Assembly: GCA_017428325.1 (NCBI GenBank)
Contig: JAFRRA010000005.1
Location: 126,007 to 190,006 of the forward strand
Source: Bacteroidales bacterium
Lineage (GTDB): Bacteria; Bacteroidota; Bacteroidia; Bacteroidales; UBA932
Length of the DNA stretch: 64,000 nucleotides
Direction: 5' to 3'
The notes below the pieces were generated by a model. That model was given only the letters and a program-made list of their open reading frames with translations. It was not told the DNA's origin and ran no database searches. Of this stretch, positions 34,266 through 42,329 are shown piece by piece; position 1 is the stretch's first letter, and the number at the start of each line of letters is the position of its first letter. The translations under genes and the position numbers were made by a program.

Positions 34266-35930
34266 CTATTTCTGAGGATTAATGTAGCGGTCTCCGGTAT
34301 GAGACTTTACCGCCTCTATGAAGGCAGGGGCATAGGCCGGAGATGTATGTCTGCCAGGGGCCAGTTCTCCGTCTTTGGACGGCAGCATGATTTGGTCATT
34401 GTGCTTTACAATGATGAGTTTTGCGAGCTTGTCCCAGCGCTTCATCATCTTGTCTGTGTATTGCTCTGTCTTGCGGGTGAGGAAATCGCTGAGATCGCTA
34501 GGAGTCATCTTTGCGGCGGCTTCCTCAACCTTCTTCTGGTCTTCCTCGTAGTAGTCTTCCAGTTCTTTCTGGGCTTCTTTGAGGTCCGGATAGAGGGCGC
34601 TCCATCTCGGATAAACCATATTGGCAACAAAGTTGTTCATCCAGAAGGCGCTTCCCGTGGAGAACTCGCGTACGTTGTTGTTCTCCCTGCGGAAAGGCTC
34701 CGGGATGCGGTTAATTCCGCAATAGACCGGAACATAGGCCACCATCGTGGCATCGTCGAGGTTAAAATAGGTTACTCCGCCCAGGGCGTCAGGAAGCCAG
34801 TTTCTCATCTGGCAAACCATTGTCATTCCGCTCTGCTGGCAGCCGATTGGCCTCTCCCTGAACATCTTGGTGGAGTCGCTGCTGTAGAAATTGACCGGCT
34901 GGTTGCGGTAAGGAGAGCCCCAAGGGCCTGCGCTTACGTCCGCAGTCATGTCGAGAGCGGTTCCCTCATAGTGGTCTCTCATGTCGTTCATTATGTCTCT
35001 TACGCTGACTGGTTTGTCAGGCTTGATCCACAGAGGAAGATGGTCGCAGATCTCAACCTTTCCGTTTATGAACGGCAGGTATGAGTCCATCTCTGCCTTG
35101 TCATAGTGGTGGCGGAAGAAGCTCCATACACGGGCCTCACAGTAGCGGATCTTGCTGAAATCCATTGGCTGGTAGGCGTCCCTGAAGCTGAAGTCCTTGT
35201 CTTCTCCGCTGTAATAACCCATCTCGCGGGCAAAGGAAATGATGTCTGAAGAATACATGCACTCGTTTTCAACGATGCAGAATCCCAGTTTCTTGTCGGC
35301 TTTCTTTGCCTGAGGAAACTGCATTATCCTGCTTGAGTTGGCATAAGCGGTAATGCAGTCATCGGGGAGCCTCATTGCAATCCAGATTGCTCCCTTGCGG
35401 CCCTTTCCCTTGCCGATTATCTCCATAATCCAGGCCTCTTCCTTGTCGCACACTGCAAAGGATTCTCCTGTGGAGTTGTAGCCGTATTCCTGCACCAGCT
35501 GGTGTATTATCTCAATGGCCTCGCGTGCTGTAGCTGCCCTCTGGAGAGTAACGTGCATCAGTGTGAAGTAGTCGAAATATCCTTCCGGATTGCGGAGTTC
35601 CCTGCGTCCGTCCCAGGTGGTTTCCACGATGCTTACCTGATGGTCGTTCATCAGCCCTACAACACCATATGTATAAGGTACTTGCTTTACGAGCCTCTGT
35701 CCTGCTTGTGGTCCCCAGCCCCTTATGTTAATCATTTCATCTGCCGGATGCATTCCGGGCATGGAGAAAGAAAGTGATGCGGCAAAGCCGAAGCCGTCGC
35801 AATTGTATGTGCATATCACGCTTCCGTCCGTGGAAGCTTTCTTTCCGACAATAAGGTTTGTACAGGCGTCAGCCGTAGAAGGCTGGAAAATGAGCAGTGC
35901 GCCCACGAGAATGGTAAACAGGCGTTTCAT
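34266..35930 (-). CDS. C69-family dipeptidase
   Basis: A signal peptide is followed by the nucleophile context TADACTNLIVGKKAS. Length and overall pattern fit peptidase C69. I set the start at the ATG at 35928-35930. Confidence 0.85.
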   Translation of the reverse strand: MKRLFTILVGALLIFQPSTADACTNLIVGKKASTDGSVICTYNCDGFGFAASLSFSMPGMHPADEMINIRGWGPQAGQRLVKQVPYTYGVVGLMNDHQVSIVETTWDGRRELRNPEGYFDYFTLMHVTLQRAATAREAIEIIHQLVQEYGYNSTGESFAVCDKEEAWIMEIIGKGKGRKGAIWIAMRLPDDCITAYANSSRIMQFPQAKKADKKLGFCIVENECMYSSDIISFAREMGYYSGEDKDFSFRDAYQPMDFSKIRYCEARVWSFFRHHYDKAEMDSYLPFINGKVEICDHLPLWIKPDKPVSVRDIMNDMRDHYEGTALDMTADVSAGPWGSPYRNQPVNFYSSDSTKMFRERPIGCQQSGMTMVCQMRNWLPDALGGVTYFNLDDATMVAYVPVYCGINRIPEPFRRENNNVREFSTGSAFWMNNFVANMVYPRWSALYPDLKEAQKELEDYYEEDQKKVEEAAAKMTPSDLSDFLTRKTEQYTDKMMKRWDKLAKLIIVKHNDQIMLPSKDGELAPGRHTSPAYAPAFIEAVKSHTGDRYINPQK

Positions 35931-36016
35931 AAATATCAGATGTTTTATATCGCGATATAAATATACGATAATTAATGATAATTGTCTTATCTTTACTGAA
36001 TAATACATATCTGATT

Positions 36017-37594
36017 ATGAAAAAACTGTTCGTTCTTCTGGCCGTTTTCCTGCTACCGGCGTTTTCTGCGGCACAGGCCGTCCATACAACCCTTCAGCAG
36101 GAGGAGGCTTTGCTCCGCGACTGGATAAAGACAATATCTTCAGACGAATTCGGAGGCCGTAAGCCGATGACGCCTTACGAAGAGAAAACCATAAACTATA
36201 TGGTAGACCAGATGAAGGCTCTTGGCTTGAAGCCGGCCTTTAACGGAAGCTGGTTCCAGCCATTCAAGATGATTTCCACCACCTGCAAACCGGTAGGGGA
36301 CAAGTTCCGCGTAAAGGGCAAAAAGAAGACGGAACTCATCCATAAAGAGGATATGATGGTCTGGACCGCAAGGGCAACGGACAAGGTCAAGTTGCCTTCT
36401 GCAGAAATAGTCTTCTGCGGATTCGGGATTGACGCTCCGGAATTCAACTGGAACGATTTCGACGGAATAGACGTTAAGGGCAAGATAATCATCGCGATGG
36501 TAAATGAGCCGGGGTATTACAACCCTTCTCTTTTCCGCGGCAGGAACATGACTTATTACGGAAGGTGGCTCTACAAGTTCGAGCAGGCAAAGAGGATGGG
36601 CGCTGCAGGATGCCTGGTGCTGCACAACACTGAGGCTGCCGGTTACGGATGGCACGTTTGCGTAAACGGCCATATTGAAAGCAATCTTGCCTTGTATGAC
36701 GAGGATACAAACAACTCTGATGCGCTTGCCATAAAGGGATGGCTTCACGAGAAAGGCTGCCGAAAACTGTTTGCCGCAGCCGGGATGGACTTCGAAGCCG
36801 CGCTTGAAGCCGCCAAGAAGCCGGGTTTCAAGGCCTTCAGCCTCAACCTCAAGTGCGATGTAGACATGGACGTGGAATATAACATCGACCAGACCTGCAA
36901 CGTTGCCGGAATGATCGAGGGCACGGACCTAAAGGACGAGTGCGTGGTTTTCAACGCCCATTGGGACCACCTTGGAATAGGCCTTCCGGATGACAGGGGA
37001 GACTCCATTTACAACGGGGCTTCGGACAATGCCTCCGCGATGGCCGCCCTGCTTTTTGCCGCCAAGAAGAGTTTCGAGATGCCGGTAAAACCTCGCAGGA
37101 CATTGATTTTCCTGAGCGCATCGTCTGAGGAAAGCGGTATGTTCGGATCCCAGTATTATTGCGAGCATCCCGCATTTCCTATGGAGAAGACAGCAGCCTG
37201 CATAAACTTCGAGAGCGTCGGTCCGGCAGAACTTACCCACGATATCAGCGTCATGGGAGGAGGGGCCTGTGAACTGGACAATTACATCGTCGAGGCCGCT
37301 GCCGCACAGGGCCGTTATGTTTTCTTCAAGTATGACAATTCAGACGGCTGGTTCTTCAGGTCAGACCATTTCAACTTCGTGAAAAAGGGCGTTCCGGCAC
37401 TGGTCATAGAAAACGGAAAGGACATCGTTGACCCTTCCCGTCCTAACAAATATCCTTACAAGAGCATATATCACAGGCCGATAGACGAGTATCACGACGA
37501 TTGGGACATAGAGGGAATGATCGCCAACATCAACCTTATGTTCAGTATGGGAATCCGTGCCGCCAATTCGGACAAGGCGCCACGCTGGTATTAG
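36017..37594 (+). CDS. M28-family metallopeptidase (aminopeptidase) with PA-like insert
   Basis: The protein has a signal peptide ([21 protein letters not shown]). Zinc-ligand contexts are [33 protein letters not shown] and YHRPIDE. Confidence 0.8.
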   Translation: MKKLFVLLAVFLLPAFSAAQAVHTTLQQEEALLRDWIKTISSDEFGGRKPMTPYEEKTINYMVDQMKALGLKPAFNGSWFQPFKMISTTCKPVGDKFRVKGKKKTELIHKEDMMVWTARATDKVKLPSAEIVFCGFGIDAPEFNWNDFDGIDVKGKIIIAMVNEPGYYNPSLFRGRNMTYYGRWLYKFEQAKRMGAAGCLVLHNTEAAGYGWHVCVNGHIESNLALYDEDTNNSDALAIKGWLHEKGCRKLFAAAGMDFEAALEAAKKPGFKAFSLNLKCDVDMDVEYNIDQTCNVAGMIEGTDLKDECVVFNAHWDHLGIGLPDDRGDSIYNGASDNASAMAALLFAAKKSFEMPVKPRRTLIFLSASSEESGMFGSQYYCEHPAFPMEKTAACINFESVGPAELTHDISVMGGGACELDNYIVEAAAAQGRYVFFKYDNSDGWFFRSDHFNFVKKGVPALVIENGKDIVDPSRPNKYPYKSIYHRPIDEYHDDWDIEGMIANINLMFSMGIRAANSDKAPRWY

Positions 37595-37610
37595 AATAAG
37601 TTTAAAGATT

Positions 37611-38186
37611 ATGTTTATAGATACTTTGAAAGAACGTATCCTCAAGGAAGGCAAGTGCTTTGAGGGTGGAGTGCTGAAAGTTGACCGTTTCATCAACCAT
37701 CAGATGGATCCATATCTGATGAAGCAGATTTCCATTGAGTTCATCCGCCGTTTTGCCGATTTGAGTGTCAACAAGATAGTTACCGTAGAGGCTTCCGGCA
37801 TTGCTCCTGCGGTGATGCTGGGCTATCAGATGGAGCTTCCTGTAGTCTTTGTAAAGAAGCAGCAGCCTTCTACGATGTCAGATATGTATGTTGCTCATTC
37901 AAGGTCATTTACCAAGCAGTGCGACTACAATATGGTTATCAGCAAGGAGTTTCTTACCTCGGATGACCACGTGCTTTTCATAGATGATTTCCTTGCCTGC
38001 GGGAGTGCCGGAAAGGGTATAGTTGACCTGTGCCGCCAGGCCGGGGCCACAATCGAGGGAATGGGGTTCATCATTGAAAAGGAATTCCAGATGGGCCGTC
38101 ATGTGCTTGAAGCCGCCGGTGTGAAGCGTATCGAGTCTCTTGCTATAATCGAATCCCTGGATAACGGCCAGATTAAGTTCAAGTAA
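37611..38186 (+). CDS. xpt: Xanthine phosphoribosyltransferase
   Basis: [15 protein letters not shown]...[13 protein letters not shown]... is present, with the PRPP motif [13 protein letters not shown]. Confidence 0.85.
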   Translation: MFIDTLKERILKEGKCFEGGVLKVDRFINHQMDPYLMKQISIEFIRRFADLSVNKIVTVEASGIAPAVMLGYQMELPVVFVKKQQPSTMSDMYVAHSRSFTKQCDYNMVISKEFLTSDDHVLFIDDFLACGSAGKGIVDLCRQAGATIEGMGFIIEKEFQMGRHVLEAAGVKRIESLAIIESLDNGQIKFK

Positions 38187-38204
38187 TCGGCAAGTTGAAG
38201 CGGG

Positions 38205-38564
38205 TCAGTCTGAAACCAGTGAATGAAGTTTGAAGGAGATATAGCCTTTGCTGTCCAGATAGGTTATGGCATCATTAAGCAAGGCCTTCTTTCTGGATTC
38301 ATCGAGATCCGAATAGAAAAGTATCTCCATAAATGTTTCCAGCGCCCTGTCTGAAAACTTCTTCTCCTCCACAAGATAGCATACAGGATTTTCCTGCTTA
38401 AGGACAGATTCCAGGTCTATCTCAAGATCTGCTTTGCAGAATTCCTCCTTCACATTTGAAAGGGAATAGTCCGGCTTCTTCCTGCCAAACAATCCCAATC
38501 GCCTTGCAATCATCAGCATCATTTCTCCGATGCGGTCTATCTCTCTCAGAAGCACGTCTTCCAT
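38205..38564 (-). CDS. Hypothetical cytoplasmic protein
   Basis: The 119-aa ORF has protein-like composition. I recognise no motif. Confidence 0.5.
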   Translation of the reverse strand: MEDVLLREIDRIGEMMLMIARRLGLFGRKKPDYSLSNVKEEFCKADLEIDLESVLKQENPVCYLVEEKKFSDRALETFMEILFYSDLDESRKKALLNDAITYLDSKGYISFKLHSLVSD

Positions 38565-38576
38565 AGTGATTTCTTT

Positions 38577-39464
38577 TTACTTCAGCGATTTTAACCAGAT
38601 CAAGGAATCTTCCATTGGAGTTTCTGTGTTTACATCCGGCTCGATAGGGTCGTCGCAGAATTCTTCTCCAGTCCTTGCCACATCGCAGCCTTCAGTCAGC
38701 ACAAGCATAGAGCCGTCAGCCATCTTGTAAGGGCGGTTGCTTGACGCATATCCTGCTGTCGGCGAGCCAAATACACGGGTATTCTCCACTCCGCGGAAAC
38801 ATATCAGAAGCGCTTCAGCTGAACTTCCGGTTCCTTCGTCGGTGAGAATGGCTACAGGGCACTGTATAGGTGTCAGTTTCTTTATCCCGGCAACATTCAA
38901 TACATAGTCCAGAGTAATCCACATCGTTCTTTTCCTGGAGCGGAAGCGGAGTATGTTTCCATCCGGAATGAACCTGTGTACAGAGCTGATCATAGGGTAC
39001 ATATCACCTCCGCCGTTTCCCCTGAGGTCTATAATAACTCCTTCAATATCTTCCGGAATTGCTTCTATTACAGTGTTGGCATATTTCCGTCCCTCTTCAC
39101 TGTTACCTGAAAACATAGGTAGCTTAACCACCGCAATCTTCAAAGAATCAAAGAGCTCCACTTCCGGCATCTCCCACTTTGAAGTATCCTCCTTGACCAC
39201 AATATCAGATTCCTTCAGGAAAGAGTGCTTCCCGCCTGCTACTTGCAAAGCCTTTTTGACCACATCGTGAGCCTCTTCCATCGTAAGCGGATTTGCTGAC
39301 AGCGCTTCTTTCTTTGCCATTTCCCATTCATCTCCAGTGGCATACAGCCCGCTTCTGTCCATAATCTTGACAGCCTTTTTCACATAGCTCCTGCCAGGAT
39401 CCGTACACCCAAAAGCAATTAAAACCATCGTGATGGCAAAAAAGAATCTTGATATCCTTTTCAT
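38577..39464 (-). CDS. S41-family peptidase (lipoprotein)
   Basis: The lipobox is LIAFGCTD. The motifs DLRGNGGG and GTGSSAEAL are typical of tail-specific/S41 proteases. Confidence 0.75.
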   Translation of the reverse strand: MKRISRFFFAITMVLIAFGCTDPGRSYVKKAVKIMDRSGLYATGDEWEMAKKEALSANPLTMEEAHDVVKKALQVAGGKHSFLKESDIVVKEDTSKWEMPEVELFDSLKIAVVKLPMFSGNSEEGRKYANTVIEAIPEDIEGVIIDLRGNGGGDMYPMISSVHRFIPDGNILRFRSRKRTMWITLDYVLNVAGIKKLTPIQCPVAILTDEGTGSSAEALLICFRGVENTRVFGSPTAGYASSNRPYKMADGSMLVLTEGCDVARTGEEFCDDPIEPDVNTETPMEDSLIWLKSLK

Positions 39465-39494
39465 CTGAATAAACAATCAAATCCGCTACGAAAC

Positions 39495-39520
39495 AGGCAC
39501 CCGTTATAGACCGGATGCCT
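39495..39520 (-). terminator. Possible hairpin terminator after tRNA-Leu
   Basis: On the minus strand the stem is AGGCATCCGG-tctataa-CGGGTGCCT, an imperfect stem, followed by GTTTCGT. Confidence 0.35.
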
Positions 39521-39529
39521 GCGTTTAGG

Positions 39530-39611
39530 TGCGGGTAAAGGGACTCGAACCCCCACGGATTACTCCACCAGATCCTAAGTCTGGCGCGGCTGCCAATTAC
39601 GCCATACCCGC
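39530..39611 (-). tRNA. tRNA-Leu (anticodon TAG)
   Basis: This 82-nt class II tRNA has acceptor stem GCGGGTA/TACCCGC and anticodon arm CCAGA-CTTAGGA-TCTGG. It has a long variable arm (TGGAGTAATCCGT) and T-loop TTCGAGT. Confidence 0.88.
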
Positions 39612-39620
39612 ATTGGATTG

Positions 39621-39628
39621 CAAAGGTA
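39621..39628 (-). promoter_or_regulatory. -7 box (TACCTTTG) for tRNA-Leu
   Basis: The reverse complement of caaaggta lies about 10 nt upstream of the tRNA 5' end. Confidence 0.5.
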
Positions 39629-39701
39629 TTATTTTTCTGACAATTTGCAAGGTCGTTGAAAGTTGCCGGCAGCTGTTAAATGGTTTTGGAAAAGTAATTG
39701 T

Positions 39702-39709
39702 TATATTTG
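39702..39709 (+). promoter_or_regulatory. -7 box (TATATTTG) for the lipoprotein/radical SAM operon
   Basis: This is an exact TAnnTTTG match 14 nt upstream of the ATG at 39723. Confidence 0.5.
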
Positions 39710-39722
39710 TGGTGTATAGGAG

Positions 39723-40172
39723 ATGAAAACGATGTCTAGGAAAAGAAATATTCTGGCATTTTTGGTTTCAGCCTTTGGAATAAGTGTTACCATTGGCTGT
39801 TGCGCATATGGTACTCCTTACACAACTCTTAAGATTAAGGCAACGGTTACGGATGAAACCAATCAACCTGTATCCGATGCAAAACTCGAGTTCAAAGACT
39901 TGAACTACAATCACAAACATCTTGAGCTTGTTACTGATTCTAAAGGCAGAATAGATTATTCTCACGATTTGTACCATTCTTATTACGGGTCTGATAACCT
40001 GAAAGAGGGTGCCAATATCGTTTTTTTAGGAGATCATAACGCCGGGTTGCCGGTCAAATACAGAGATGACTCGATAAGGGTCCAGTCTTCATACAAGAAG
40101 GGGAAAGGCGATTGGCATAAAGGAACTTATGAGATAAAGGCATCGCTGAGGCTTAAGAAAAAAACGGAGTAA
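39723..40172 (+). CDS. Radical-SAM-associated small lipoprotein, paralogue A
   Basis: The 149-aa ORF has the lipobox SVTIGCC. It shares the blocks AYGTPYTTLKIKATVTDETNQPV and KYRDDSIRV...GKGDWHKGTYEIKASLRLKKK with the two paralogues. Confidence 0.75.
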   Translation: MKTMSRKRNILAFLVSAFGISVTIGCCAYGTPYTTLKIKATVTDETNQPVSDAKLEFKDLNYNHKHLELVTDSKGRIDYSHDLYHSYYGSDNLKEGANIVFLGDHNAGLPVKYRDDSIRVQSSYKKGKGDWHKGTYEIKASLRLKKKTE

Positions 40173-40190
40173 AATTAATATTATTTAAAT

Positions 40191-40634
40191 ATGAAACTGT
40201 TCAAGAAGATATTGGTTGGTGCTATGGCGCTGATGGGTTTTTCCGCCTGCGGCAGTAATCATGGCCCTCAGGTTGAGTACGGTTGCCCGCACGCAACTCT
40301 CAGGGTAAATGCTACCGTGGTAGATGAGGATGGCAATCCTGTAGGCAAGACCAGGTTGCTGCTGAGGGATCTTGAGAAAAACCATGATCTCGTTCAAGTG
40401 GAGACGGGGGAAGACGGAACGGTTTCGGATACCTTGCAGCTCTTTGCTGATTTGCGGCTTACATCCGGGGCCAATGTAGTCTACTATGGCGAAGATAATG
40501 AGGAGCACTCAGGCAAGTTCAAGGATGATTCCGTTACAGTTAAGGCCGAGCAGATTAAGGAGGGGGCAGGTACCTGGGAAAAAGGAACTTATGAGATGAA
40601 CGTCAATCTCAAACTCCAGAAGAAAGGCGAGTAA
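40191..40634 (+). CDS. Radical-SAM-associated small lipoprotein, paralogue B
   Basis: The 147-aa ORF has the lipobox GFSACG. It shares the blocks EYGCPHATLRVNATVVDEDGNPV and KFKDDSVTV...GAGTWEKGTYEMNVNLKLQKK. Confidence 0.75.
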   Translation: MKLFKKILVGAMALMGFSACGSNHGPQVEYGCPHATLRVNATVVDEDGNPVGKTRLLLRDLEKNHDLVQVETGEDGTVSDTLQLFADLRLTSGANVVYYGEDNEEHSGKFKDDSVTVKAEQIKEGAGTWEKGTYEMNVNLKLQKKGE

Positions 40635-40648
40635 AATCAGATAGTTAT

Positions 40649-41734
40649 ATGAGGGGGCTTCCATTCAGGACCTGGCTTGCCTGCGAGGCGGAGCGGAAGC
40701 TCCGGCATTTGGATATCAAGGATCATAAACTCAAGCAGCTCTTTTGGGAGTGTACGCTCTCGTGCAACCTGGCTTGCAGGCATTGCGGGAGTGACTGTAA
40801 GATTCTGCCTAGCGCCACATCCATGAAGATGGAGGATTTCCTGAAGGTGCTGGATTCCGTAAAGGCTTATTGCGAAAAGACAGGAGACAAGACGGGGGAG
40901 ATACTGGTTATTCTGACCGGTGGCGAGCCTTTAATGCGCAAGGATTTGGAGGAATGCGGACGCAAAATAATCCAGAAAGGTTTCCCGTGGGGAATGGTCA
41001 CCAACGGTTATGCTATGACTTCGGAGAGATTCCGGCGGCTGATGGCTTCCGGCCTGCATTCAATGACAGTTAGCCTGGACGGACTGAAGGAATCTCACGA
41101 CTGGATGAGAGGACGTTCAGGAAGTTATGAGAAAGCGATTGAAGCCATAAAGCTGGCGATAGCGGCAGGGGACGACCTTGCCTTTGATGTTGTTACCTGC
41201 GTAAACCAGCGCAATTACAGTGAACTTAACCAGATAAAGAAACTGCTGATATCAATGGGTCTCAAGCAATGGAGAGTCTTTACCGTGTTCCCTTCCGGAA
41301 GGGCCAAGGAGGATCCTCTACTGCAGCTGGACAACGAGCGTTTCCGCGGAGTGATGGAGTTCATAGAAGCTACCCGCAAGGAAGGCAAAATCCAGTGCAG
41401 TTACTCTTGCGAAGGATTTCTGGGTGCTTATGAAGGCAAGGTGAGAAACCATTTGTTCCGCTGCCATGCCGGAGTGAATGTGGGCTCTGTGCTCAACGAC
41501 GGTTCCATCTCCGCCTGCGTGAGCATCCGTTCAGACTATAACCAGGGAAATATCTACAAGGATGACTTTATGGAAGTCTGGAACAACCGTTTCCAGGTTT
41601 ACCGAGACAGGTCCTGGATGAAAAAAGACCAGTGCGCTTCCTGCAAGTTCTTCCGCTACTGCGAAGGCGGGGGAATGCATCTGAGGAATTCTGACGGCAG
41701 CCTTCAGTTCTGCCACCTCGACCGTCTGAAATAA
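40649..41734 (+). CDS. Radical SAM enzyme with C-terminal SPASM/twitch-type Cys-rich domain
   Basis: The CX3CX2C motif is CNLACRHC at residues 39-46. The GGEPL motif is ILTGGEPLMRKD. The C-terminal Cys cluster includes CHAG...SAC...CASCKFFRYCEGG...FCH (CxxCx5C). Confidence 0.88.
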   Translation: MRGLPFRTWLACEAERKLRHLDIKDHKLKQLFWECTLSCNLACRHCGSDCKILPSATSMKMEDFLKVLDSVKAYCEKTGDKTGEILVILTGGEPLMRKDLEECGRKIIQKGFPWGMVTNGYAMTSERFRRLMASGLHSMTVSLDGLKESHDWMRGRSGSYEKAIEAIKLAIAAGDDLAFDVVTCVNQRNYSELNQIKKLLISMGLKQWRVFTVFPSGRAKEDPLLQLDNERFRGVMEFIEATRKEGKIQCSYSCEGFLGAYEGKVRNHLFRCHAGVNVGSVLNDGSISACVSIRSDYNQGNIYKDDFMEVWNNRFQVYRDRSWMKKDQCASCKFFRYCEGGGMHLRNSDGSLQFCHLDRLK

Positions 41735-41756
41735 TTTTTTTTTTGGGGGGAATATC

Positions 41757-41764
41757 TATATTTG
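41757..41764 (+). promoter_or_regulatory. -7 box (TATATTTG) for lipoprotein paralogue C
   Basis: This is an exact TAnnTTTG match 22 nt upstream of the ATG at 41786. A T10G6 homopolymer tract at 41735-41750 precedes it. Confidence 0.45.
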
Positions 41765-41785
41765 CCATAAAGAACGGATTGAGTT

Positions 41786-42283
41786 ATGGTAAAAAAAGCG
41801 TTGTCACTTTACAAATACCTGCTGGGCGGCCTGTTGGCGTTGCTCGGTCTGACTGCATGTTCTAAAGTCATTAAAGCTGCATATGGCAGTCCATATGCAC
41901 GTCTGAATGTTGATGCAAGGGTTGTGGATCAGTCAAATAAACCTGTCAAGGATGCCAGATTGATTGTCCGCACGTCACTCACTGAAACTTCATATTCTTC
42001 TGTTATGAGAGACACGGTAATCAATGGTCAGCCGTCTTGGATCAATACTACAAATGAAACTGGCAGGATATACGGTTATACAGAATCTTTTTCAGAACCG
42101 GATAAGGATTACACCTATATTGTTTACCGCAGCAATTTAAATCCTCAGTTGTCCGGCAAATACGAAGATGATTCCGTAAAAGTAGTACCTGCGATGGTAG
42201 AAAAGGGAGACGGTAATTGGTATCGCGGGACGTTCAAAATGTCGGGAACCGTTAAGCTAAAGGAGAAGGCTCCAGACGAGTAA
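41786..42283 (+). CDS. Radical-SAM-associated small lipoprotein, paralogue C
   Basis: The 165-aa ORF has the lipobox LGLTACS. It shares the blocks AYGSPYARLNVDARVVDQSNKPV and KYEDDSVKV...GDGNWYRGTFKMSGTVKLKEK. Confidence 0.75.
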   Translation: MVKKALSLYKYLLGGLLALLGLTACSKVIKAAYGSPYARLNVDARVVDQSNKPVKDARLIVRTSLTETSYSSVMRDTVINGQPSWINTTNETGRIYGYTESFSEPDKDYTYIVYRSNLNPQLSGKYEDDSVKVVPAMVEKGDGNWYRGTFKMSGTVKLKEKAPDE

Positions 42284-42285
42284 AG

Positions 42286-42313
42286 AAAAAGCCCTGCACC
42301 GCAGGGCTTTTTT
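42286..42313. terminator. Bidirectional rho-independent terminator (lipoprotein C / tpiA)
   Basis: The sequence is AAAAA-AGCCCTGC-acc-GCAGGGCT-TTTTT, a perfect 8-bp GC-rich stem flanked by A and T runs. Confidence 0.8.
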
Positions 42314-42329
42314 ATTAGAAGTTCTTTAG

